NCBI GenBank assembly: GCA_041665345.1
Contig: JBAYJA010000001.1
Location: 457,206 to 521,205 of the forward strand
Direction of reading: 5' to 3'
Source of the DNA: Patescibacteria group bacterium
GTDB lineage: Bacteria > Patescibacteriota > Patescibacteriia > PEXW01
DNA length: 64,000 nucleotides
The notes below the pieces were generated by a model. It did no database searches and had not been told where the DNA came from. It was given only the letters and a program-made list of their open reading frames with translations. The number at the start of each line of letters is the position of its first letter. Within the stretch, counting starts at the first letter, position 1. This document shows, piece after piece, positions 1-8,893 of this stretch. A program made the translations under genes and the position numbers.

Positions 1-1
1 C

Positions 2-730
2 ATTTACTCCCAAGCAAATGTTGTGGTGAAGAATGATTCAGTGCCGATCAGGAATATCCCTGCGTCAACCCCTGGGCTTGCGGATGGCGTCATCCCCGTC
101 GTGCAGCATTTTCAGCTGCCCGCTGGAACGTACTCCGTGTGGCAGACATTCCGGGGCAAAACTGAGGCGCTGCAAAAGCCATACCCAATGACGTTGCAGC
201 TTCCTTCGGTGTACACCTCCCAGCCAGTTGTCAGTGAGGTGCTGTTTCTAGAAACCCCTCAGCCCTCGGAGAAATTTGGGAACCGAGTGGTACGAAACAC
301 TACGGCGTACAAGCCACGGGTGAGCCGGGTCTTTGCCCCAGGTGAGTCCCTGTATGTGTACCTGGAGCATGACGTGTCAAAGTTTCCCAAGGATTACTTA
401 GGGAACTACGCCTATGGGGTTGATATCTCGATAATGGGGCCAGTGAAGGAGAGTGGAAAAGTTGGTGAAGCCTTCGCGATGCCTACTACCAACGACCACA
501 CTGGACCAGCTAGTTCTCATAAATTGCGCAAAGGATTTTTTGGGGAGCCACTTTCCACCCCAAAGTTTCCCAATGCGCACAGTGCGAAGGGTTGGTTTCT
601 CAACACCGACCCAATAAAGCTTCCGAAAAAGCTGAAAGAGGGGACGTACTTCTTTGTAGTTGTGTACTATTCTTTGATCAACAATGAAGAATTTAGATCG
701 TGGCGGGAGATCGACATCAAAAACCCCTAA
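2..730 (+). CDS. Hypothetical protein, 5' truncated by the window edge
   Basis: Frame is open from base 2 to TAA at 730; followed by a terminator; no family recognised. Confidence 0.6.
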   Translation: MYSQANVVVKNDSVPIRNIPASTPGLADGVIPVVQHFQLPAGTYSVWQTFRGKTEALQKPYPMTLQLPSVYTSQPVVSEVLFLETPQPSEKFGNRVVRNTTAYKPRVSRVFAPGESLYVYLEHDVSKFPKDYLGNYAYGVDISIMGPVKESGKVGEAFAMPTTNDHTGPASSHKLRKGFFGEPLSTPKFPNAHSAKGWFLNTDPIKLPKKLKEGTYFFVVVYYSLINNEEFRSWREIDIKNP

Positions 731-749
731 AACTGGTTCATTGCACTTT

Positions 750-781
750 GCACGGCATTCCAAAAGGATGCCGTGCTTTTT
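750..781 (+). terminator. Rho-independent terminator
   Basis: GCACGGCATTC-CAAAA-GGATGCCGTGC followed by TTTTT. Confidence 0.8.
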
Positions 782-1364
782 ATCTTGAGGGAATATAGGT
801 GTGGATAACTTTTGCGCTATGGATAGCGGAAAAAATGACTTCGCCTTTCAAAAATCAGTTGGAAAAGCCAAAAAGTGTGGATAAAGGGGCTTGTCAGGAT
901 TTTATGGCTGGGATACAATCCTCATTACCACAAAAGATATCGCTGATCTTTGATTTCAAGTCGGTAGTCATTGAATGGCAAGGAACGAAGCGCGCGCGAG
1001 ACTTGTTCTTGCGCACATGAAGTGTACGCTAGAAATAGCTGATGGGTGGTAGATTCACCAAGGGACGTATTCGTCAAATGCAGAGCTGCATCTTCGGATG
1101 CTATGTATCGAATGCGAAAGCATTCAACACTCGGCCACGCGACGAACAACGCGAATCTTTCCACTTTCCGGTTATTCCTTTTCTGGAGTCACATCCACCT
1201 CGACACAGCGTACTCGCTCACTTCAACCTTCCAACTCTTTTCTCCCTTTTCAAGGGTTTCATGACTATCACTTCTTGAGGGGTCTTGCGCAAGCAGACCC
1301 CTTTTCTTTTTGCATTTTTTTCAGGAGGGGTATACTATCGGTAACAGAAATAGAAGGAGGGAAT

Positions 1365-1481
1365 ATGCAAGTACCTTCAAAGAGGGTATTTATACTAAAG
1401 CTCATTTTTGTGATAGCAGCTTCAGCTGTTGGTTCGTATGGGCTTTCCACGCTGCTTTTTCATCTCGCAGGAAGTTTTTAG
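1365..1481 (+). CDS. Small single-TM protein (38 aa)
   Basis: MQVPSKRVFILKLIFVIAAS...; SD GAAGGAGG; upstream TTGCAT...TATACT; downstream hairpin plus T run. Confidence 0.55.
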   Translation: MQVPSKRVFILKLIFVIAASAVGSYGLSTLLFHLAGSF

Positions 1482-1550
1482 AAAAGATAACGAGCCTACC
1501 GCACTCTACTAGAGGGGTGCGGTTTTTTTCTGTCGTGCTACCATATGCAT

Positions 1551-2486
1551 ATGAACAAAGGACGTTGGTTCCTAGGCATTGATGGTGGTGGCACGAAAAC
1601 CGAAGCTGCGCTTGGCAGCAGCCTTGGGGATGTCGTTTGGGGTAAGGCAGGCCCATCCAACCCACGTGCTGTGTCGCGAGAGGTTGCAGCGCTCAATGTC
1701 CGTCAGGCAGTGAAGCAAGCGGAGAAACTGGCTGGCAAGCACCGTCCGTACCGCACAGTCATTGGGATTGCGGGTATGGATACACCGAAAGATGTGGCGG
1801 CAATGCGCCGGGTATTGCGGCAGACGTTGAAAAATATTGTCGAGCCAGATTTTCAATTGGTGAATGACATTATCATTGCTTTGGCCTCGGGAACCACTGA
1901 CCGGCACGCGGCAGTGATCATTTCTGGCACGGGATCCAATGCATATGCGCGTGGCCCCAAAGGCACTGTGCGCGCTGGTGGACGCGGGCATCGATTGGCT
2001 GACGAAGGTTCTGGGTATGCGCAAGGTTTAGCCACCTTGCACGCGGTGACCAAAGCTGCAGATGGCAGGGGAGTTGCAACGCAATTAACCAAGTACGTGC
2101 TGCAGCACTTCCAGATCCGGAAGCCGGAGGAGTTGGTGCACATTGTGTACCAGCCCAGTTTCGGCAAACCGCAGATTGCAGCCCTGGCGCCGTACGTGCA
2201 AGCTGCGGCGGAGAAAGGGGATGTAATAGCAAAAAAAATTCTCGCTGACGCCGCTGATGAACTCGCTTTGCTGGCAACGACAGTTATCCGAAAGAGTGGC
2301 CTGCACCGAAAAATTTTTTCCCTGGTCACCGTGGGTGGGATTTTCAAATGCCCAGTGGTTCTCCCTTCACGCTTCAAGGGTGCTGTGCGCATGGTTGCCC
2401 CCAAAGTGCAATTCATCCGGCCCAAGCTCCGCCCGGCCATTGGCGCATGGGGGATGGCTGGGGGAGGGGAAGCCGTAAAGCTGTAA
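1551..2486 (+). CDS. BadF/BadG/BcrA/BcrD-type ATPase, N-acetylglucosamine kinase-like
   Basis: LGIDGGGTKT, NDIIIAL, ISGTGS, GGRGHRLADEGSG motifs. Confidence 0.85.
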   Translation: MNKGRWFLGIDGGGTKTEAALGSSLGDVVWGKAGPSNPRAVSREVAALNVRQAVKQAEKLAGKHRPYRTVIGIAGMDTPKDVAAMRRVLRQTLKNIVEPDFQLVNDIIIALASGTTDRHAAVIISGTGSNAYARGPKGTVRAGGRGHRLADEGSGYAQGLATLHAVTKAADGRGVATQLTKYVLQHFQIRKPEELVHIVYQPSFGKPQIAALAPYVQAAAEKGDVIAKKILADAADELALLATTVIRKSGLHRKIFSLVTVGGIFKCPVVLPSRFKGAVRMVAPKVQFIRPKLRPAIGAWGMAGGGEAVKL

Positions 2487-2506
2487 GCCATAGAGATTTA
2501 TTATCT

Positions 2507-2533
2507 CCAGAGCGGCCTTTCTAGGCTGCGGTG
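2507..2533. repeat. Dispersed palindromic repeat CCAGAGCGGC(Y)TT..AAGCCGCGG, copy 1
   Basis: Near-identical copies at 15648-15672 and 39948-39972. Confidence 0.6.
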
Positions 2534-2577
2534 GTTTGTTTGTGACGCATGGGCTTGTCTGTGTATTTCTCCTTTTC

Positions 2578-2707
2578 TGTCATTGCGAGGAACGAGTCTT
2601 CGAGTGACGCGGCAATCCCGATGAACTTCGGATCCAGGACAGGGTAACTACCTTGGTTCTAAGCTACGACGGGATTGCCGCGCTCCTGCTGGAGCTCGCA
2701 ATGACAA
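2578..2707. repeat. REP/MITE-like inverted repeat element (GTCATTGCGAG...GCAATC type)
   Basis: TGTCATTGCGAG...GCGGCAATCCCG pairs with CGGGATTGCCGC...CTCGCAATGACA. Confidence 0.7.
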
Positions 2708-2767
2708 GAGGGGGAGAAATCCCCACTCATTACTGACAGTTGAACTGCGGTGCGCTATAGTCTGTGC

Positions 2768-3922
2768 ATGCCCGATCACCCAATCTTCTCCGTCTCAGAG
2801 TTCATCCAAGTCACCAAGCAACATTTGACGTTGCTGGGTTCGGTTGTGGTGGAAGGGGAGATCACTGGCTACCGGGTGAGTAAAGAACGCCTGGTCTACT
2901 TTGAATTGAAAGACGCCAAAAGCCGCGTGCTGTGCTTTATGCTGGTGGGGGATGCAGAAGCGGAACTGTCAGACGGCATGTCCGTGCGCGTTACGGCAAT
3001 ACCCTCGCTGTTCCAAGGTAGCGGTGGTTTTCACCTGCGCGTGCAGCAAGTGGAATTGGTTGGCCAAGGCGCGCTGCAGCAAGCCCTGCGTTTGCTCCAA
3101 GCTAAATTAGATGCTGAAGGGTTGTTTGCTGAAGGACGAAAGCGGTCACTCCCACAATATCCCAAACGCATTGGTATTATCACTTCTGTTGACGCTGCAG
3201 CGTATACGGACGTGCTCCGGATTTTACGCACGCGCTGGCCGCTGGCTACGGTTGTCCATTTTCCCGTGGGTGTGCAGGGCGCTGGTGCAGTGTCCAGCAT
3301 CGTGGGCGCCTTGCAGCACTGCCATGCAAGCAATGTGGATGTGGTCATTCTCACCCGGGGTGGAGGAAGCCTGGAAGATCTCCAAGCTTTTAATAGTGAA
3401 AAAGTTGCGCGGGCAATTTTCTCCTGCCGCGTGCCGGTGGTGTGTGGCGTGGGACATGAACGTGACTGGACCATTGCTGACCTCGTTGCCGATGTGCGCG
3501 CGTCCACGCCAACCAATGCTGCAGAACGAGCAACGCCATTAGCAACCCAAGTCTTTGCCGATGTGCAAACCATGGAGCGACAAATGGAAGATGGGTGGCG
3601 GATGGTGCTGGGTGATTTGCACGACCGGCTGCACCACCTGACCCGCGACCTGAGTGATGTGGTGCAGGGGACAGTGCAGCGGATTCGGCTGTTGCAGCAA
3701 ACTTGCGTGCAGGCTTTTTCCTCTGGCGTGGAACGCATGCACACCCGTCTGGCCTATGCCACCAAGCTGGTGCAGACGCTTTCACCCGCCGCGACCCTGG
3801 ATCGGGGGTACTCACTCACGACCATTGACGGAAAGGTCGTGACCAACGCTGATTCGGTCAAACCCGGCCAACGCTTGCATACGCGGGTAAAGCGGGGATC
3901 CATTCATTCAACAGTAACGTAA
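2768..3922 (+). CDS. xseA: Exodeoxyribonuclease VII large subunit
   Basis: N-terminal OB fold (VEGEI, YFELKD); RIGIITS; RGGGSLEDL; GVGHERD; STPT; LDRGYS. Confidence 0.95.
   Translation: MPDHPIFSVSEFIQVTKQHLTLLGSVVVEGEITGYRVSKERLVYFELKDAKSRVLCFMLVGDAEAELSDGMSVRVTAIPSLFQGSGGFHLRVQQVELVGQGALQQALRLLQAKLDAEGLFAEGRKRSLPQYPKRIGIITSVDAAAYTDVLRILRTRWPLATVVHFPVGVQGAGAVSSIVGALQHCHASNVDVVILTRGGGSLEDLQAFNSEKVARAIFSCRVPVVCGVGHERDWTIADLVADVRASTPTNAAERATPLATQVFADVQTMERQMEDGWRMVLGDLHDRLHHLTRDLSDVVQGTVQRIRLLQQTCVQAFSSGVERMHTRLAYATKLVQTLSPAATLDRGYSLTTIDGKVVTNADSVKPGQRLHTRVKRGSIHSTVT
3868..3922 (+). repeat. xseA 3'-end repeat, copy 1 (in gene)
   Basis: CCAACGCTTGCATACGCGGGTAAAGCG...; repeated at 4565 and 5280. 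Confidence 0.85.
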
Positions 3923-3926
3923 TCCT

Positions 3927-4556
3927 ATGAGAAAAATTTTTGTACTCGGTTTGATGAGCATTTTTTGTGGTATGTTTTTCAATCCCCTTGTTGCAGGTGC
4001 AACACCTGGACCAATGGAAACACAATTTCCAAGTGCAAAAAAGGCAGCCTCTGAAGCAACGATGATTCTCGAAGTAAGAATAACTGATTATTCAATAAGT
4101 CAAGAAAAGTTTCTACCAGGTGAGTACAAATCAGTTAAGCGGGTAAATTGGGAGGTTTTAAAGGTACTAAAAAAACAAGATGGGGTTGTGACAATCCCGC
4201 AAGCAGTCGAATATTCCGCCTACGAAGTCTGCGGCTTATTAGTCGGTTACAAAAAGGAATTCTTAGGATGCGGTGAGTATTTAAGCACCATTGGTGAAAA
4301 GCGGTTAATATATTTTGGTTACGGTGACCATGTGAATCTCGTTTTGCCATCTAAAGGTTTTTTCTGGTATTGGTATTACGCTGGTTCTGCTCGATACGTC
4401 GAATACCTTATTATTCTTGGGGTGATTTCACTTGTTGGAGCAGGTAGCTTTGTTCTGTTTAGGCGACATTTTCAAAATAAAAATAAAGTCTCTCATCAAA
4501 TTGCAAATAATCAGAATATACATGTCCAGGGGAAAAAAGATGATATAAATAATTGA
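3927..4556 (+). CDS. Hypothetical exported protein with C-terminal TM anchor; paralog of 4626-5246
   Basis: Signal-like N-terminus, C-terminal TM with basic tail, AT-rich; shares FP.A..A.SEA, V.WE.L.V.K, HLVLP..F.WY. Confidence 0.75.
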   Translation: MRKIFVLGLMSIFCGMFFNPLVAGATPGPMETQFPSAKKAASEATMILEVRITDYSISQEKFLPGEYKSVKRVNWEVLKVLKKQDGVVTIPQAVEYSAYEVCGLLVGYKKEFLGCGEYLSTIGEKRLIYFGYGDHVNLVLPSKGFFWYWYYAGSARYVEYLIILGVISLVGAGSFVLFRRHFQNKNKVSHQIANNQNIHVQGKKDDINN

Positions 4557-4564
4557 TTTTTTCG

Positions 4565-4619
4565 CCAATGCTTGCATACGCGGGTAAAGCGTGGCACAAT
4601 TCGTTCCACCGTTACATAA
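4565..4619 (+). repeat. xseA 3'-end repeat, copy 2
   Basis: Translates to QCLHTRVKRGTIRSTVT*. Confidence 0.85.
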
Positions 4620-4625
4620 ACAATT

Positions 4626-5246
4626 ATGAAGTTAGTCTACCGTTTTGGTTTCGTGGCTGTTGTGGGGTTTTCTCTTCTCTTGCCGAGTTTTGCATATGCG
4701 ATTGTTGGAGCAACGCCTTTACCATTTCCTAATGCGTCCAGGGCGTATAGTGAAGCGGATAAAGTTATTGAGGTTAAAATTGTTAGTTCGACAAGTGAAG
4801 AAAAGCGCTCGATTCTTGGTGACTACGTAGTAATGCAGGTTCAATGGGAAATATTACATGTGTATAAAGGTCAAAGTGTCGATAGTTCAAAAATTGAAAC
4901 TTTAAGTATTAGCACCCATGGTTTATGTGAAGTATTCTCCGGGACCGGAGGTCTTGCTGCAGCCGGCGGTGGTATTTTTGATTGTGCTCAATACTTGAAT
5001 GATGTTGGTGAAAATCGATTAGTGTACCTTGATTCTAGAGATGGTATTCATCTCGTTTTGCCAACTGAAAATTTTTACTGGTATAAATGGTACGCTTTAT
5101 TCATGCAGTATTATATTTATCCATTATTTTTCATTATCATTGCTGGGGTTGCAATTGGAGTAATTGCCGTGAAACGTAATATGACTAAGAAAAAACTTTC
5201 ACAAAACAAGAATGCGAACGAAAGCAAAGAGTCGCCTCGCCTTTAG
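4626..5246 (+). CDS. Hypothetical exported protein with C-terminal TM anchor; paralog of 3927-4556
   Basis: Same architecture and shared motifs as 3927-4556. Confidence 0.75.
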   Translation: MKLVYRFGFVAVVGFSLLLPSFAYAIVGATPLPFPNASRAYSEADKVIEVKIVSSTSEEKRSILGDYVVMQVQWEILHVYKGQSVDSSKIETLSISTHGLCEVFSGTGGLAAAGGGIFDCAQYLNDVGENRLVYLDSRDGIHLVLPTENFYWYKWYALFMQYYIYPLFFIIIAGVAIGVIAVKRNMTKKKLSQNKNANESKESPRL

Positions 5247-5279
5247 ATTGGAAAAGAAACATGTATAAGTGTTCTTCTG

Positions 5280-5337
5280 CCAACGCTTGCATACCCGCGT
5301 AAAGCGTGGCACAATTCGTTCCACCGTAACCTCATAG
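5280..5337 (+). repeat. xseA 3'-end repeat, copy 3
   Basis: Translates to QRLHTRVKRGTIRSTVTS*; lies just before xseB. Confidence 0.85.
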
Positions 5338-5344
5338 TCACTGT

Positions 5345-5569
5345 ATGCCTAAACGCCCTGCTGCCAACACCTTTGCCAAGGATTTTGCTGAACTGGAACG
5401 CATTGCCCAGAAGTTTGAGGCTGGGGCTTTTGACGTGCAGGAAGGTCTGAAAGACTTTGAGAAGGGGATGGCTTTGGCGCAGAGCCTGCGTGAACGGCTG
5501 CAGGATGTGGAGCAGAAGGTGGAAACCATTAAAGCCAAGTACAAGGCAGCCGGGGAGTCTGCTGCGTAA
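5345..5569 (+). CDS. xseB: Exodeoxyribonuclease VII small subunit
   Basis: FAELERIAQKFE...LKDFEKGMAL pattern, size and position after xseA. Confidence 0.9.
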   Translation: MPKRPAANTFAKDFAELERIAQKFEAGAFDVQEGLKDFEKGMALAQSLRERLQDVEQKVETIKAKYKAAGESAA

Positions 5570-5577
5570 TTTTTCCT

Positions 5578-5904
5578 ATGATTCTCTACGACCTCACCCA
5601 AAAAGTAGTGACCGATGTGTACGGCATTTTTGCGCAGGCCGCCGGCATTGACCAGCCTACACCACCGGATATTGAAACGATTCGCACAGGGCTGGCTGGT
5701 GAAACCAAGCGCGCAACCATTCCTGCGCCCGTGGGCAATCCACTGCGTGCAGAATTGCTGTACATTGAGGAACCAAACAAGAATTTGATTTTCACCTTTG
5801 CGTTTCCCACGGACTTAGGGAAGGAGCTAATGGAAAAGGCGGAAGCGGCCCAAGCACAGTTTGATGCTGGGGTGCAGCAGTACTTGGTGGATTACTACCT
5901 CTAA
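5578..5904 (+). CDS. Hypothetical protein
   Basis: 108-aa ORF in operon context with core-like codon usage. Confidence 0.7.
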   Translation: MILYDLTQKVVTDVYGIFAQAAGIDQPTPPDIETIRTGLAGETKRATIPAPVGNPLRAELLYIEEPNKNLIFTFAFPTDLGKELMEKAEAAQAQFDAGVQQYLVDYYL

Positions 5905-5911
5905 TACGTCT

Positions 5912-7411
5912 ATGGACCGCCAAGCGGCGTACCGTTGGTACCGAACCCTGGAGATGATTCCAGGAATTTTCATCTGGTCAGCTTTCATTCTGGCAGTTGG
6001 GCTCTCGTTCATCAAACCGCTGTGGGTCATTGTCTTCATCATCGCCTTTGATGCGCTGTGGCTCATTCGCATTTCCTACTTACTGGTGTACTTGCTCACA
6101 TCCTACCGGCGGTTCCGGCATGATTCGCACGTGGACTGGCTGGCGAAGACCCAGCCGTTGCCAAAGTACCAGGAAATCTATCACCTCATTTTTCTGCCAA
6201 CCTACAAGGAGCCAGTGGAAGTGGTTGATCAATCCTTGGCGTCACTCAAAAACATTCGCTACCCACTAGACCGGCTGCTGGTGGTGCTGTGCGGGGAGCA
6301 GAAAGACCATGAGCATTTTCAAAAAGTCTCTGCAGCAATGCAGGAAAAGTACGAAAAGATTTTTGGAAAATTCTTGGTAACGGAACACCCAGCAGATGTC
6401 CCTGGGGAAGTACCGGGTAAAGGGTCCAACACTGCGTACGCTGGTAAGCGCGCGCAAAAGGAAATTGTTGATGCGCTGGGTTTGCCGTACGAAAACGTGG
6501 TCGTTTCATCTTTCGACGTGGACACCGTTGTGCACCCACAGTACTTTGCGTGTTTGACCTACCACTACCTGACCGTACCCAATCCCACCCACGCCAGCTA
6601 CCAGCCCGTGGCGCTGTACAGCAACAACGTGTGGGAGTCACCGTTCCTCATGCGCGTTGTGGCCATGTCCACTACCTTCTGGCTAATGACTGAGCAAATG
6701 CGGCCGGAGCGCTTGTTCACTTTTTCTTCACACTCTATGTCTTTCAAAACCCTGGTGGAGGTTGGGTTTTGGCAGAGTGATATTGTCACCGAAGACTCCC
6801 GTATCTTCATCCAGGGGTTCATTGAGTATGACGGGGATTACCGCGTGGTGCCGTTGTTCATTCCGCTGTCCATGGATACAGTCATGAGCCACACCCTCCG
6901 GCAGAGTTTGAAAAACCAGTACGTGCAGCAGCGTCGCTGGGCATATGGCATTGAGAATTTTCCCTTCATGGTGTGGAACTTCTGGGGCAACAAAGCTATT
7001 CCGTTCATGAAGAAGTTTCGGTACCTGTTCAACCAGCTGGAAGGGTCTTTCTCATGGGCCACGGCTCCCATTCTCATTTTCATCTTGGGTCGTTTACCCA
7101 TCGCCGTCGCAAATCACCAAGGCCTTACTTCTGCGCTTACCGTGAACACACCGCACGTGCTGAGCATCATGATGACCGTGTCGCTGGTTGGGTTGATTGC
7201 TTCAGCCATGCTGAGTATGACCCTGCTCCCACCCCGACCGCGGCATGCCCCGCGCTGGCAGTGGCCCATCATGTTCCTCCAGTGGATTATTTTCCCGGTG
7301 ACCATGGTAGCTTTTGGTTCTATTCCCGCCACCGAAGCCATTACCCGGCTGATGCTGGGCAAGTACCTGGGTTTCAACGTCACGGAGAAGATGCGGAAGA
7401 AGGACGTGTAG
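5912..7411 (+). CDS. Membrane glycosyltransferase family 2
   Basis: LPTYKE, GKGSN, DVD, TED and QQRRW motifs; multiple TM segments. Confidence 0.88.
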   Translation: MDRQAAYRWYRTLEMIPGIFIWSAFILAVGLSFIKPLWVIVFIIAFDALWLIRISYLLVYLLTSYRRFRHDSHVDWLAKTQPLPKYQEIYHLIFLPTYKEPVEVVDQSLASLKNIRYPLDRLLVVLCGEQKDHEHFQKVSAAMQEKYEKIFGKFLVTEHPADVPGEVPGKGSNTAYAGKRAQKEIVDALGLPYENVVVSSFDVDTVVHPQYFACLTYHYLTVPNPTHASYQPVALYSNNVWESPFLMRVVAMSTTFWLMTEQMRPERLFTFSSHSMSFKTLVEVGFWQSDIVTEDSRIFIQGFIEYDGDYRVVPLFIPLSMDTVMSHTLRQSLKNQYVQQRRWAYGIENFPFMVWNFWGNKAIPFMKKFRYLFNQLEGSFSWATAPILIFILGRLPIAVANHQGLTSALTVNTPHVLSIMMTVSLVGLIASAMLSMTLLPPRPRHAPRWQWPIMFLQWIIFPVTMVAFGSIPATEAITRLMLGKYLGFNVTEKMRKKDV

Positions 7412-7536
7412 TTTGTTGCCAAGTGTGTGATCAAATACGAGGTTAGTGATCATATGAACCTAGCTTGACACGCGAGGAGTATTGTGATAGTTTCATATGA
7501 AATTAACAAAGTACGTAGAAATGCTTGGAGGGAAGT

Positions 7537-8013
7537 ATGTACACAGTTGTATGCCTAATGCTTTTGGGCTTAGTCATTGGAATCATTGGGGCGATCCGGA
7601 AAAGTTGCGGAGCCTTTCTAGGACCATTTGCGGGCTCGTTTGTTGGTGGCCTCGTTGCCTTGTTCGTTCTTGCGGGATTGGGGGATATTCCACAGACACA
7701 TTGGGTTTTGAGTGAAGAATTTTCCATACTCAACATACACACCCACCAGGGTGAGCATCGTCTGTTTCAGAAATACGAATATATCATTTTATTTTCAGAA
7801 ACGGCCACAGGTTTGCGTCATTGGACGATGAATCAAAAAGATGTTGAGTTGAACAATGCTATGTTACCATTTGAACTGGGCGCACCTGGCACTTGCCGCG
7901 TCTACCGGTTAGTCAACACAAATTCTGCATGGGACAACTGGAATATCCGCGATGAGACAAAGTACGTTCTGCACCTGCCTGGCCAGAATGCCTACAGCAC
8001 CTTAGACGAATAG
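7537..8013 (+). CDS. Hypothetical membrane protein
   Basis: SD GGAGGG; TTGACA at 7465 with putative -10 at 7488; two N-terminal TMs. Confidence 0.65.
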   Translation: MYTVVCLMLLGLVIGIIGAIRKSCGAFLGPFAGSFVGGLVALFVLAGLGDIPQTHWVLSEEFSILNIHTHQGEHRLFQKYEYIILFSETATGLRHWTMNQKDVELNNAMLPFELGAPGTCRVYRLVNTNSAWDNWNIRDETKYVLHLPGQNAYSTLDE

Positions 8014-8025
8014 GAAGTCATCAAA

Positions 8026-8053
8026 ACGCCCTCACAATTTCCTGTGAGGGCGT
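8026..8053. terminator. Hairpin between convergent genes, probably a bidirectional terminator
   Basis: ACGCCCTCACA-ATTTCC-TGTGAGGGCGT. Confidence 0.7.
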
Positions 8054-8063
8054 CTTCAATGTG

Positions 8064-8792
8064 CTACATTTTGTATTTCTCCAACTGCAACTTTGCATTC
8101 GCGGCAGCCAGCGTGTTGGGGAAGCGGGTAATAACCTCTTCCCATCTTTTTCGCGCGTCGACGACTGCGTACTTCTCCTCGTCAGCCAGTTTAAATTTGA
8201 GTTTGGCCTGATTCAGCATCACCATCCCGCAAATTTCGGGGTTGACCAGCGGGGAGCGATACTCTGGATCAACCAGGTGTTCGGCCTGGATGAAGAGTTG
8301 CAACGCTTCGAAAAGTTGTGACGCTCGGTTCCAGTACCACTTGGCATTGGTCTGATCCTTATGGGCTTCACCAAACAGGTTAGCAATGAGGAACACCACT
8401 TCGGGCTCCTGGGGGTGGCGTCGGACTAATGAATCAGCCGTTTGGAAAACTAGCGTCACTCGCTTGTTGGTATTGCCCAGCAGCTTATCAATGATGCCGT
8501 CTTCGCGGATGCGGAGGGCATCTGCAATCAGTCGATACGCCTGGATCGTAGCCGAAGAGTCGGGGGAGAGCCGGAAGTAGTACCGGGCTGAATCTGCGTC
8601 TTTCCGCGGCGCCGTGCTTTGCTTCAGGAAGACCTTGTTGACAAAGAGCTTTCCAACCGCAGCAGCGTTGTCTCCACTTCGCGGGGTGACCCGCAGCAGC
8701 GAATCCGCTTGTGCGCCAGATAGGAGACAAACACCACTATCCAAAGGGACGGTGGACAACTGGACGAGGATAAAAAAAATGGAAATGAACAC
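8064..8792 (-). CDS. Hypothetical secreted helical, TPR-like protein
   Basis: GTG start with SD AAGGAG; hydrophobic N-terminus; EEVITRFPNTLAA TPR-like end. Confidence 0.65.
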   Translation of the reverse strand: MFISIFFILVQLSTVPLDSGVCLLSGAQADSLLRVTPRSGDNAAAVGKLFVNKVFLKQSTAPRKDADSARYYFRLSPDSSATIQAYRLIADALRIREDGIIDKLLGNTNKRVTLVFQTADSLVRRHPQEPEVVFLIANLFGEAHKDQTNAKWYWNRASQLFEALQLFIQAEHLVDPEYRSPLVNPEICGMVMLNQAKLKFKLADEEKYAVVDARKRWEEVITRFPNTLAAANAKLQLEKYKM

Positions 8793-8893
8793 GTGAACTC
8801 CTTTTCGTTATGTCGTCTTTGTATTTCTCCGCAAAGTACCACTTTCTGCGTTTCTGGTCAAGGGTATGAAAAAACAGTACACTTTCCTTACCT

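Noticed and set aside
799-1278. Short overlapping ORFs (799-1020, 925-1164, 1042-1278, 1046-1264)
   Set aside because: No recognisable motifs or convincing start signals; could not choose a real frame
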